The position numbers and the translations under genes were made by a program. This document shows positions 45,944-55,625 of a DNA stretch of 64,000 nt, piece by piece. Numbering within the stretch: the first letter of the stretch is position 1; every line of letters starts with the position of its first letter. Under the pieces are notes generated by a model. It was not told the DNA's origin, searched no databases, and was given only the letters and a program-made list of their open reading frames with translations. This DNA comes from Planctomycetota bacterium (lineage in GTDB: Bacteria; Planctomycetota; B15-G4): assembly GCA_965248575.1 (NCBI GenBank), contig CBDFJQ010000002.1, forward strand, positions 2,688,001 to 2,752,000, in the 5' to 3' direction.

Positions 45944-48556
45944 ATGGGGAAGTCGTTGCAGCGTCCTGTCATCACACTGGGACTCGTGTGCCCCGAGGGG
46001 GACGATTCGCCCGCTTTGAACGAGCGGATCGCGCAGATCTGGAAGAGCGTCGCCGAAGCGTTGGCTGATAAGAGCGTCGAGCAAGCGGCGGGTGGCTCGG
46101 CCGCCCCTGTCCTTCTGCCAGGTGACTACGAAGTGCCGAGCTCATTGTCCAGTCGGGTCGTGCAGACGTTGAGCAGCCGCCTTCGCGTTTGGGAGTTCCC
46201 GGGCGACGCCACGCCCGAGAAGATCCAAGCAGCCAGGGACTCTCTCTCGCATCTCCTGCAGCCACTCGCCACTGAAGGCGTGGCGCTGAGTGCCTGTGTC
46301 TATCCCTCCGAAAACGACAGAGACCTCACTGCCGCGATAGGCAAGACGTTGAACGCGGCCCAGAAGATGCTCGACGAATACAGCGCCGAAGCCCGGGGCG
46401 ACGTCCGATTCATCGACGGCCCTGCGCTCACGGAACTCTACGTCGGCAACTTGCCCACAGAAGCTTCGGAACAGCAGGTGAACGAGCTCTTCACCCAGCA
46501 CGGCCTGGTGACAGAGGTGAAGCTCATCACCGATCGGGACTCGGGGCAAGGGCGAGGCTTCGGCTTCGTGGAGATGGACCGCCCCGACGCCGAGGTCGCC
46601 ATCAACGCCCTGGACGGGGTCGAGTTCCAAGGCCGAAAACTCAAGGTGTCCATCCGGCGACCCCGCGGCCCTGGAGGAGGGAGCGGCCGAGCCAGCGCTG
46701 ACCACACGCCACCCATGCAGGACATGGGTGGAAACTTTGCCACCCATTCGAGCGGCAGGACCGAAGACGACGTCTTCGCGTCCTACGACGGCAGCTGGCT
46801 CGACGACGACGACTCCGACGAGATGGCAGACGACCTTCAGGAGGAGGAGGGCGCAGAGCCCGAGGAGGAGTTCGAGGACGCGCCCGCCGCAGAGTCAGCT
46901 CCAGCCGACGCCGACGCTGAGGAATCGGCACCGGAACCCAAGGCCACGATGTACCTCTCGCCGCCTGCCGTCGCCTTCTCCCAACCGGAAGCCGCGCCAC
47001 CCGCCGACCCACCACGCTCCGCCTACGCGCGGGTCGAAGCCCTGGCAGAGGTCGTAGTCGAAACGACCTTCGCGCTCACTGTGGGGCTGGCCAAGAGCCC
47101 CACGCCCGGCGTTGCGTCGGGCCAGATCAAGCGGCCCCCTTCGAGCGTGGGCCCGTACACCATGGACATTCAAATCCTCGCGAACGGCCTCGAGCCCGTG
47201 GACGGCGCCGCGCTGCAACACTCGCTCCGCATCACAGCCGAAGCTCCTTACCCGTCCGTTGAGCTGTCCCTTCGAGCACTGAAAGATGCGGAGTTGGCTG
47301 ACCAGCGCTCCATCCAGGTGATCTACAAGATCGAAGGCGACGTGGTGGGCGTGGCCGTCCGCAGCCTGCGGGTCGTAGAGCGGGCCGATCAACTGGGGCC
47401 ACCATCTGACGAACCGACGTCGGAAGGTCACCTGAGCATCCCCACCACGGACGAGCCGCCCGACCTGACCGTGATCATTGCTCCCGGCGCGGCGCACGTG
47501 CCCGGTTCGCTGCAGTGGACCTGGGCCTCTCCCCACGAGAACGCACCCGCCGCGCCAGACGACCTGACGTCCAGCGTGGGTGAGCAGCTGAACGACTACG
47601 CCATGGGTTTGATCCGCGGCGTGGCGACCCATGAGGCCGACGCCTCGCTGCGCGCCTACCTGAAGGGCATCGGCAAGCGCGTGGCGCGCAAGATCCCGCA
47701 GGAGGTCATGAACATGATCGAGGGCGCTTGCGCCGAGGCTGACTCCGAAGGCCGGGAGGCGTCCATCCTCCTGCTCACGTCCGAACCGCATGTGCCCTGG
47801 GAGTTGGCGCTGCTGTCCAAGCCGCCGAACCCCAGCGCCGAGGCCTTCCTGGGGGCGCAGGCCAACGTCGGCCGCTGGATCTTCTCCGGGCTCAAGCCGC
47901 CCACGCCGCCGCTGGGGCCGCTACCGGATGCATCGCTGGCCGTGGTCTCCGGAGACTACTCCCAGGTCGCCGGTTGGAACCGCTTGAAGGAAGCCGAGCA
48001 GGAAGCGAAGGACCTCGCGCAGACCTACCAGGGAAAGGAACTCGACGCCACCGAGAGCGCGGTGCTCAGCCTGCTTCAGGGAACGCCAGCTTGCAGCCTG
48101 CTGCACTTCGCAATGCACGGGGCCTACGACCCAGGCGGAGTGCGCGACGGCCTCGTTCTGGCCGACGGAAAATTCCTCGACCCAGTGGTGGTGGAAGGCA
48201 GCGAACTCGCCCAGAACCCCTTCGTCTATCTCAACGCGTGTCAGGCGAGCGGTGGGCAACACGTGCTGGGACAGTACGCCGGCATGGCGGCGGCCTTCCT
48301 CTACGCCGGGGCTTGCGCCGTCGTCTCCCCCCTTTGGTCCGTAGGCGACGGCGTGGCGCGAGAGATCGCCACCCGCTTCTACGGGGAAGGCATGCAGGGG
48401 GCGCGACCGGCCGCGATGTTGCGCGAAGAGCGGGCGCGATTCGGCCCGGCGTCCACGAACGCCACCCATCTGGCGTACCAGTTCTTCGGTCATCCCAACT
48501 TCCGGCTGGCCGAACGCTCCGCCGACACCACTGCAGCAGACGTTGACGAGCCCTAG
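45944..48556 (+). CDS. CHAT (caspase-like) protease containing an RRM RNA-binding domain
   Basis: LYVGNLP (RNP2) and RGFGFVEM (RNP1) at about 46436-46660; acidic linker; VPWEL, HFAMHG, YLNACQ, VSPLWSVGD, AYQFFG. Confidence 0.88.
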   Translation: MGKSLQRPVITLGLVCPEGDDSPALNERIAQIWKSVAEALADKSVEQAAGGSAAPVLLPGDYEVPSSLSSRVVQTLSSRLRVWEFPGDATPEKIQAARDSLSHLLQPLATEGVALSACVYPSENDRDLTAAIGKTLNAAQKMLDEYSAEARGDVRFIDGPALTELYVGNLPTEASEQQVNELFTQHGLVTEVKLITDRDSGQGRGFGFVEMDRPDAEVAINALDGVEFQGRKLKVSIRRPRGPGGGSGRASADHTPPMQDMGGNFATHSSGRTEDDVFASYDGSWLDDDDSDEMADDLQEEEGAEPEEEFEDAPAAESAPADADAEESAPEPKATMYLSPPAVAFSQPEAAPPADPPRSAYARVEALAEVVVETTFALTVGLAKSPTPGVASGQIKRPPSSVGPYTMDIQILANGLEPVDGAALQHSLRITAEAPYPSVELSLRALKDAELADQRSIQVIYKIEGDVVGVAVRSLRVVERADQLGPPSDEPTSEGHLSIPTTDEPPDLTVIIAPGAAHVPGSLQWTWASPHENAPAAPDDLTSSVGEQLNDYAMGLIRGVATHEADASLRAYLKGIGKRVARKIPQEVMNMIEGACAEADSEGREASILLLTSEPHVPWELALLSKPPNPSAEAFLGAQANVGRWIFSGLKPPTPPLGPLPDASLAVVSGDYSQVAGWNRLKEAEQEAKDLAQTYQGKELDATESAVLSLLQGTPACSLLHFAMHGAYDPGGVRDGLVLADGKFLDPVVVEGSELAQNPFVYLNACQASGGQHVLGQYAGMAAAFLYAGACAVVSPLWSVGDGVAREIATRFYGEGMQGARPAAMLREERARFGPASTNATHLAYQFFGHPNFRLAERSADTTAADVDEP

Positions 48557-48583
48557 TCGGGCAATCTCCAGGGGAGAACCTCG

Positions 48584-50062
48584 ATGGCCAAGAAACTCGA
48601 CCCGGGCGGGCTCCCCGTCTTCGTTACGTCGGATGTCGTGCTCGAGACCCCCGGGCTCGCAGGAGTCGCTGACATCCACGTGGCGTCGGGGCCGGGTATG
48701 CGCTCCGCCGAGGCCATCAGCAGCGACTTCAGCGACGCCTTGAAAGGGGCCGACCTGATCGAGCAGCTCACCATCGTCATCGACGAGCCGGCGGAGGTGC
48801 CGCTGCTACCGGGGACGGCCACGCGCTCCACCAGCCGCGGCGAGCCCGGCATGGTGGCGGAGGTCCCGGGAGCGGGTGAGGGCTTCCACCAGATGCTGCT
48901 CTCCGTGGACGAACAAGGTGTGACCACCTGGTGCTTCCCCGAACCCGAGGACATGGCCGCTGCCGCCACCGTGCTGCGCTCGGGCCAGCGCTGTCGCTAC
49001 GTCATCCCCAAGCAGGTCCCGCCACCCACGTCCTCCACGGGCCACCGAGGCCTGCTGGGCTTCGTGGGGCGCAAGATCCTCAAGATCGTCGCCTTCAAGG
49101 CCATCGAGGTAGTGGGCGGGCTGGTGGGCGAGGCATTCGTGGAGCGCTGGGAAGCTGCCAAGCGCAGCTATGCCATGCGTTCGTTCACCCCAGACGATTT
49201 CGCAGCGAAGGGCGGCAGGCCCCTGACGGCTGCCGATTGGACCCAGCTCGGGGCCGGCCGCTCGCTGCTGTTCGTGCACGGAACCTTCAGCCGTGCCCAC
49301 TCCGCCTTCGGCAGCCTTCCCCGAGAGACGCTCGCGACACTGCATGATCGTTACGACGGCCGTGTGTTCGCCTTCGACCACCCCACCGCTTCGCGCAGCC
49401 CCGACCACAACGTGCGCGAGTTTCTGAACGCCAAGCCCGTGGACACGCCCCTCGACCTGGACATCGTCTGCCACTCCCGCGGTGGGCTCCTGAGCCGCGT
49501 CCTTTCGGAGCGGGGCGCTGACCCCAACGTCCAGGTCAGCAACATCGTCTTTGTGGCCGCGCCCAATGCGGGGACGGCCCTCGCGAACCCGAAGCACATG
49601 GGCACCTTCCTCGACACCTACACCAGCATGCTCAGCCTGCTGCCGGACAACGGGGTCACGGATGCACTCGAAGTCATCTTGAGCGTGCTCAAGCAATTGG
49701 CGGTGGGAGCTCTCAAGAGCCTGGAGGGATTGCAGTCCATGAATCCCCAGGGACAGTGGCTCCAGCAACTCAACCAACGCCGCAACACGGCACTGCAAAC
49801 CACCTACCGAGCCATCGCCGCGGACTTCGAACCAGCGGACTCCGCCTTGCGCCGGGTGGCCGACCGGGTGGCCGACTCCATCTTCGACAGCCGGCCCAAC
49901 GACCTGGTGGTGCCTACCGAGGGGGTCTACTCACCCAACGGCTCCAGCCGCTTCCCTATCGCAGAGCCGCTCATCATCCCACCGACGGAGAGCACCTGGC
50001 ACAGCGGCTACTTCTCCCGCGCAGACGTGGGCAACAAGCTGCTGGATTGGCTGCCGGGGTAG
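48584..50062 (+). CDS. Alpha/beta-hydrolase (lipase-like) with an N-terminal extension of about 200 aa
   Basis: LFVHGTFS, CHSRGGL, APNAGT, NDLVVP, WHSGYF; 27 bp after the CHAT gene. Confidence 0.85.
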   Translation: MAKKLDPGGLPVFVTSDVVLETPGLAGVADIHVASGPGMRSAEAISSDFSDALKGADLIEQLTIVIDEPAEVPLLPGTATRSTSRGEPGMVAEVPGAGEGFHQMLLSVDEQGVTTWCFPEPEDMAAAATVLRSGQRCRYVIPKQVPPPTSSTGHRGLLGFVGRKILKIVAFKAIEVVGGLVGEAFVERWEAAKRSYAMRSFTPDDFAAKGGRPLTAADWTQLGAGRSLLFVHGTFSRAHSAFGSLPRETLATLHDRYDGRVFAFDHPTASRSPDHNVREFLNAKPVDTPLDLDIVCHSRGGLLSRVLSERGADPNVQVSNIVFVAAPNAGTALANPKHMGTFLDTYTSMLSLLPDNGVTDALEVILSVLKQLAVGALKSLEGLQSMNPQGQWLQQLNQRRNTALQTTYRAIAADFEPADSALRRVADRVADSIFDSRPNDLVVPTEGVYSPNGSSRFPIAEPLIIPPTESTWHSGYFSRADVGNKLLDWLPG

Positions 50063-50081
50063 GGTCCGCCGCGGACCCCAC

Positions 50082-52433
50082 TTAGCGGCCCGGCTCGTCC
50101 TGCTCGACCTGCAGCATGAGCGTCTGCTCTGAGTCCGCCCAGGCGAACTCCAGCAGCTCGTAGCCGTTCGCGCGGATCATGAAGCGCTCGTACTGGGTGG
50201 GCAGCAAGAGGCTCACCTGGCCGTCGCGATTGGTCCGGAAGGAGCCCCCGCCGTCGGTCTCGGTGCCCACCCAGCCGGTGGTCTCGGTGAAGGGTTTGCC
50301 ATTCGGTTTGAGCAGGCGCAGGTGCGCGACGTCCAGGGCACCGCGCAGGTCGATGTCGTCCAGTGTCGTGGTCTCCCCGGAGAACACCTCCACGCCCTCC
50401 CGCTCGACCATCAGGAAGTCGTTCGTCTGGGTCTCGATCCTGAGGGTGTAGACACCAGGGCGCACATTCTTGAGATGCAGGAGCCCGCCAGGCCACACAT
50501 AGTTCTCGTGGTTCGCACCCTTGCGTCTCAGGAACACCTCCAGGTTCAGTGGTGGCACGTGCTCGTCCAGCAGGACCCGACCGGTGACGATCCCCCTCTC
50601 CGGCTCCTCCACCGGGTCGGGGATCTGGATCAGCACATCGGTGGCACCAGGCAGGACGGTGACCTCCGGCGAAATGCCCGCCGACACCATCAGCTCGAGC
50701 ACACGATTCATGCCGCGCACCTCGAACACTCCCTGTGCATCCGTCGAAATACGCGACGAACCGGCGACGTTCAGGTTGGACCACTGCTCCTTGCCTGATG
50801 AACCATAGGTGTAGCGAATGCGGAGGTAGACCTGACCGCTTCGGCCCCCCTGGGCGTTGACCACCCGCCCCGACACGAGCAGGGGCGGCAGGCCCAGTTG
50901 AATCACTCCGAGGTCCAGATCGCCTTCCGACGGCAGGGGCTCGGGGAGGATGGCCGAGAGCTCCACCTCCGCCGTGCGTGGCCAGGTGCCCTTTGCGAAA
51001 CCGCGCTTGGGTCGCTGCTCCACCACGTCCATGACCCGGCCTCCCTCCAGGAAGGATTCGCCGCCATAGGGCGCGCGGAAGACCCCCTGCTCATCGCAGG
51101 TGACATAGAGCGTATAGCCCCCGGAACGATGCGAGCCTTGCTGCTCCGCCAGGCGCTGCTTGCCGAGGATGCTGATACCCAACTTCACACCGGCGGCGGG
51201 TTCACCCAGTTCATCCACCACGCGCCCGGTGAACACGGGCAAGGGATTCCCGAGTGTCGTCTCCAAGCTGAGCAGCTGCCCCGCGTCCATGGGGCCGTTA
51301 GCATGCAGGCTGGCACCCTGCCACCCCGACTGGCTGACGCTGAGCCGCAGGGCGAGCCCCAAGCCCACATGCGGAAAGCGCGCCACGCCTTCCTCCACCG
51401 CCGCGATGTGATGATGAGATCGTTCCCAGCGCATGTCGTCATCCGCGTCCACGGGCCGGGTGAACAAGGCCACGCTGGGCCCCGACTCCAGGGGCACGCC
51501 CGAGGGATCCAACACAACAACCTCGACGCTGCACGAGGGCGGCAGCTGAAGACGCACCACCTCGCTGGACGGAACGGGGTCGAGCCTCGCCACCGGTGCC
51601 GAATCGAAGGGCCCGTCCAAAGTCACACGTTCGTCCACGAGCATGTCCAGCAAGGCGATGGACTGGCGATGCTCGATAAGCCTCGCCCGAGACAGGACAG
51701 CCATCCCCGACGGATCCGTGGTCACCCGTTCGATGGTGCGGGGGTCGGAAGGGTTGAAGCGTTGGACGGTCTGCAATTCCACATCGACACCCGACACCGG
51801 TTCCTGCGCTGCGTTCACCACGAGCACGCGCACCGGCTCCAACCAAGCGAGGGCTGAGCGAGGGACCGTCAGCGCCCGGAGCTGCCCAATCTCCACGCTC
51901 CGCCCGAGATCTACCACCACCGGGGGCACCAACGGCAGGGCGACTGCCAGCGCAAAGCTCACATCGGGTTGGGAGAGTTGACCGTTCTCGATGCCCTTCA
52001 TCTGGAGCTCCAACACGGCCTGGCCGTTCTCGTCGGAGTTCGCCGTGACCAGGTCGAAACCCTTGAACGACCCGGCATGTGTCGCGCGCAGGGCGATGGG
52101 CACATCGGCGAGGGGCTCGTCCTCCTCGTCCACCACGAAGACCCGCAGGCGGGCACCGCTCGCAACAGGAGTCGCTAGCTCGGGGGCGACCGCCGCAACA
52201 TCCTCGACCAGGGTCAGCGGCGCGGGCTCTTCCGTTGACGGCGCCTGGGGGAGTTCATCCTCCGCGAGCGGCTCCGTGTCAGGTGCCGAGGCGGTGGGGG
52301 CGAGGGCCCCACCCGAGGCGCCCGGCCCCTCGTCCTCTTGCGACACGAACGCCAGGACGAGCAGGATCGCGCCGACGGCCGCCAGCAGCACCAGGCTGCC
52401 CAATCGGCGTCGTGGGTGGGTGTCGGCCCGCAT
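50082..52433 (-). CDS. Membrane-anchored protein with carboxypeptidase-regulatory-like repeats
   Basis: N-terminal TM; repeated GRVVD..G.P..GV and TD..G.F units. Confidence 0.75.
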   Translation of the reverse strand: MRADTHPRRRLGSLVLLAAVGAILLVLAFVSQEDEGPGASGGALAPTASAPDTEPLAEDELPQAPSTEEPAPLTLVEDVAAVAPELATPVASGARLRVFVVDEEDEPLADVPIALRATHAGSFKGFDLVTANSDENGQAVLELQMKGIENGQLSQPDVSFALAVALPLVPPVVVDLGRSVEIGQLRALTVPRSALAWLEPVRVLVVNAAQEPVSGVDVELQTVQRFNPSDPRTIERVTTDPSGMAVLSRARLIEHRQSIALLDMLVDERVTLDGPFDSAPVARLDPVPSSEVVRLQLPPSCSVEVVVLDPSGVPLESGPSVALFTRPVDADDDMRWERSHHHIAAVEEGVARFPHVGLGLALRLSVSQSGWQGASLHANGPMDAGQLLSLETTLGNPLPVFTGRVVDELGEPAAGVKLGISILGKQRLAEQQGSHRSGGYTLYVTCDEQGVFRAPYGGESFLEGGRVMDVVEQRPKRGFAKGTWPRTAEVELSAILPEPLPSEGDLDLGVIQLGLPPLLVSGRVVNAQGGRSGQVYLRIRYTYGSSGKEQWSNLNVAGSSRISTDAQGVFEVRGMNRVLELMVSAGISPEVTVLPGATDVLIQIPDPVEEPERGIVTGRVLLDEHVPPLNLEVFLRRKGANHENYVWPGGLLHLKNVRPGVYTLRIETQTNDFLMVEREGVEVFSGETTTLDDIDLRGALDVAHLRLLKPNGKPFTETTGWVGTETDGGGSFRTNRDGQVSLLLPTQYERFMIRANGYELLEFAWADSEQTLMLQVEQDEPGR

Positions 52434-52568
52434 GCGCCTATCTTCGCCCAATCGAAGGCCGGCTGCCTAGGGGACATCGCCCTCGTGCCCCACGGCTCAC
52501 CCCACGGCTGGGGCCAACATGCGATGCTGCCCCCGCCCCCCCCGGCCTCGTCCCCGTGCGACCTGCCC

Positions 52569-54968
52569 ATGGCTGAGCGATCGACGCACGACTCCGAACG
52601 TACCGGGCGCCCCGCGAGTGAGCAGGCCGTCCAGTTGATGCGCGCCATGCTGCGGCACAACAGTGAACAGTTGGAGCAGCTGGCAGCGGCGGAGGAGCAG
52701 GCGCTGCACAGGGCCGAGGTCGCCGAGCAGCGCGCCCAGCAGTCCAGCGAAACCGTGCAACGCCTGCGCACCGAAGCGCAGCTCCAAGCCCAACGGCTGA
52801 CCGAGGCCCAGCGCCAAGCCACGGTGGCAGCCAGGCAACAGGCGTCCATGGCGGCCGGTGTGGATAGCGCCACCCGTGCTCGCGACAGCTTGCTGGACCA
52901 GGTCCGCAGTTTGGACGCCGAGCTGCACGCCCTGCGGGCCACGCTGCAAGACACACGCCTGCAGTTGGAAGAAGCCCTGCCCGACCCCGCCCCTGAGCAG
53001 GCCGGGCTTGCGCCGCTCGAGCGCAGCGCCCAGGAGCACGAAGAGCAGCTGCGCACCCGAGCGATCCGAGCCGAGGAGGCCCGGGATCGGGCGCAGCAGG
53101 GCAGCGCGAGTTTTCGACGCATGGTCGAGGAGGCCCAAGGGCGCGCGCTCCAGGCCCAGCAGGCAGCGGAGGACTCCACGCGCCGCACGCAAGAACTCGA
53201 GCGTCTCGCCGCGCAGTCGGAACAGCGGGCGGAGGACGCCGAGCAGCTCGTGGCCGAGCTGGAGCTGGCGGCAAGGCCCGCTCCCACGGACTCCCTGCAT
53301 TCGCTCCAGGAGCAGCTGGCAGCCGCGCGCTTGGAACTCAGCAAGCTGCGACAGGCGCACCACGACCAGCGGCGCATGGCGAGCGAACAACGAGCGGAAG
53401 CCCAAGCTGCAGAGACCGTCCGGACCCAGTTGCTGGCCCTGTCCGACAGCCAACGCCTGCGCGAGCTCACGGCACGGGCCAACGCCCTCTGGCCCGCGCA
53501 CCCGACCCACACCGGCGCCTACGAGCAGTGGCTGACGGAGGCCGAAGCCGTGGCCCTCACCCAGGAGGAGCACCGCTTGACGCGCCGGGCCCTGGCGCGA
53601 CTCGACGACTTGCTGACGGACGAGGAACGGGAGCACGGCTGGGTCATGGGAGCAGGAGGCTGGGCCGCCCTGCGCCGTGTTGAGGACGAGCAGGGCGAGC
53701 CCGTCGAGCCCCCCCGGCGGGAGGAGGTGCTGGCCGCTGACCCGGCTTCGGGACCCGTACCGGAACCAAATCTCGCCGGCGGCCTGGGGCGCCAAGCGTG
53801 GCAAGCCGTCGACCTCGCCTGGTGGTGCCACAGCTTGGACGAGCTGCTGGCCGACATCGACCGCCTGCTCGAACCGGAGAGTGGGCTGCTGCAGGACGTG
53901 CAACGCAGGCTCGAAGTTGCCCGCCACCTCGAACAGCGCTCCCTCACCGGCCCCGGGGTGGCGCGGGCCTGGCACGAGGCCATGGACGACGTGGCAGACC
54001 CCCAACGCTGCCCCGCCTATGGCGGCCTCTCGCTGCAACCCATGCTGGGCTTGCGGCCCGTGGGCAAGGACCCGCAGAGCGGCCTGTGGGAGTTCGCCAT
54101 GCCGCACACCGGTACGGTCCCGCAACGTCGGGCCGACGGATCCCTGGGCCTCGCTCTGGACCACGCCTTGGTCTTCGTCCTGATCCCCGGCGGGCGCGCG
54201 CGCCTGGGTGCTCAGGCACAGGATCCGGCTGTGCCCCACTACGACTCCCAGGCGCGCTCCAACGAGGGACCCGTGCACGAAGCAAGCATGGCGCCTTTCT
54301 TTCTGGCGAAGCACTGCATGACCCAAGCCCAGTGGCAGCTCGTGATGGGCAACAACCCGAGCCGCTACGGGCCGGGCACCACGGTCGGTGGCGTGCAGCA
54401 CTCCCTCCAGCACCCCGTGGAAAACGTCAGCTGGGACGAATGCCAGGAGGCCATGTGGCGCCTCGGCCTGGCACTGCCCGAGGAGCGCCAGTGGGAGTAC
54501 GCCGCCCGCGCAGGGACCAGCACGCCGTGGTGGACCGGCCCACGACGGGACACTCTCGCGGGCGCCGTGAACCTGGCCGACCGAGCGGCACGTCGAGGCG
54601 GCGCGCGCTGGGCCTCCATCGCCGACTGGCCTGAGCTGGATGACGGCTACACCACCCACGCTCCCGTGGACCATGGCAGCGCCAACCCCTTTGGACTTCA
54701 CGCTGTGCACGGCAACGTCTGGGAATGGTGCCGAGGCCCGCTCACTCCCTACAAGCTGGGCGCGCAGCCAGAAAACTCGACGCCCGACGGCGATGCCGAG
54801 ACCGACACGGGAGCGGTTGCGGGGCGCGTCTATCGCGGCGGGGGGTTCCGCAACACGAGCGGCCAGTCCCGCGTATCGAGTCGTTTGTCCGAAGAGCGAG
54901 GCAAGAGAGCCTCGGATCTGGGACTGCGGCCTGTGTTCCCCTTTCCAAAGCAAGACGACTCGGCTTGA
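52569..54968 (+). CDS. Coiled-coil protein with a C-terminal FGE-sulfatase (SUMF1) domain
   Basis: Long Gln/Glu/Ala heptads; HPVENVSW, LPEERQWEYAARAG, NPFGLHAVHGNVWEWC, RGGGF, LGLRP. Confidence 0.85.
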   Translation: MAERSTHDSERTGRPASEQAVQLMRAMLRHNSEQLEQLAAAEEQALHRAEVAEQRAQQSSETVQRLRTEAQLQAQRLTEAQRQATVAARQQASMAAGVDSATRARDSLLDQVRSLDAELHALRATLQDTRLQLEEALPDPAPEQAGLAPLERSAQEHEEQLRTRAIRAEEARDRAQQGSASFRRMVEEAQGRALQAQQAAEDSTRRTQELERLAAQSEQRAEDAEQLVAELELAARPAPTDSLHSLQEQLAAARLELSKLRQAHHDQRRMASEQRAEAQAAETVRTQLLALSDSQRLRELTARANALWPAHPTHTGAYEQWLTEAEAVALTQEEHRLTRRALARLDDLLTDEEREHGWVMGAGGWAALRRVEDEQGEPVEPPRREEVLAADPASGPVPEPNLAGGLGRQAWQAVDLAWWCHSLDELLADIDRLLEPESGLLQDVQRRLEVARHLEQRSLTGPGVARAWHEAMDDVADPQRCPAYGGLSLQPMLGLRPVGKDPQSGLWEFAMPHTGTVPQRRADGSLGLALDHALVFVLIPGGRARLGAQAQDPAVPHYDSQARSNEGPVHEASMAPFFLAKHCMTQAQWQLVMGNNPSRYGPGTTVGGVQHSLQHPVENVSWDECQEAMWRLGLALPEERQWEYAARAGTSTPWWTGPRRDTLAGAVNLADRAARRGGARWASIADWPELDDGYTTHAPVDHGSANPFGLHAVHGNVWEWCRGPLTPYKLGAQPENSTPDGDAETDTGAVAGRVYRGGGFRNTSGQSRVSSRLSEERGKRASDLGLRPVFPFPKQDDSA

Positions 54969-55048
54969 CTTAGCGTGCGTGAATCGGCGAAATGATTCGT
55001 GTCCCCGTTTCACATCGACCTGAATCGTTTCATATGAGTCAGGTGTCG

Positions 55049-55165
55049 TTGGTGCGCGGGAGATGAATGGACGCCACCAAACCAAACCCAGGTTTCCCGC
55101 CCCTCAAGGTGCTTCATCCGGAAAGCGCCTGGGAAACCCGGGTGAGGGTGCGTCCCGAACACCAA
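55049..55165 (+). promoter_or_regulatory. Structured 5' leader candidate
   Basis: Nested complementary segments (see findings) ending 31 nt before ATG 55197. Confidence 0.4.
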
Positions 55166-55196
55166 GCCCCCTCTCTCAGACTTTGGATTATCAACA

Positions 55197-55625
55197 ATGG
55201 CCCTCAGTTCCCTCACCACTGCCGAACTCCAGAAAGAACTCGACCGACGCCAAAAGGGCGCTCAAAAGTTGATGGCGCGCCGGGAGAAGTTGCTGACCGA
55301 ACTCTCGGACATCGACCAGGAGCTTTCCTTCCTGGGCATCGCCGGTCAGGCCAGCGCTGGAGACAGCGCGGCCAAGCGCCGCGGCCCGGTGCCCGGCGCC
55401 ACCACGGGTCGCCGTCGCGCCAAGAACGCCATGAGCCTGCCCGACGCCATCTGCTCGGCCATGGAAGTGCGGGCGGTCGTGTCGCCCAAGGAAGCCGGCG
55501 AGCTGGTGCGCGCCAACGGTTTTCAGACCACGAGCCAGAACTTCAACATGATGGTGAGCAATGCACTGGCCAAGGACCCTCGCTTCAACCGGGTGGGTCG
55601 CGGTCAGTACGAGCGCATCGGCTGA
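55197..55625 (+). CDS. Small DNA-binding protein (coiled coil, basic linker, winged-helix-like domain)
   Basis: LTTAELQKELDRRQ...; RRRAKN; ...VSNALAKDPRFNRVGRGQY. Confidence 0.75.
   Translation: MALSSLTTAELQKELDRRQKGAQKLMARREKLLTELSDIDQELSFLGIAGQASAGDSAAKRRGPVPGATTGRRRAKNAMSLPDAICSAMEVRAVVSPKEAGELVRANGFQTTSQNFNMMVSNALAKDPRFNRVGRGQYERIG

Noticed and set aside
54300..54968. Diversity-generating retroelement target (FGE/CLec fold)
   Set aside because: No reverse transcriptase or template repeat was seen in the window.
52497..55085. 862-aa minus-strand ORF
   Set aside because: Antisense shadow of the coiled-coil/FGE gene.
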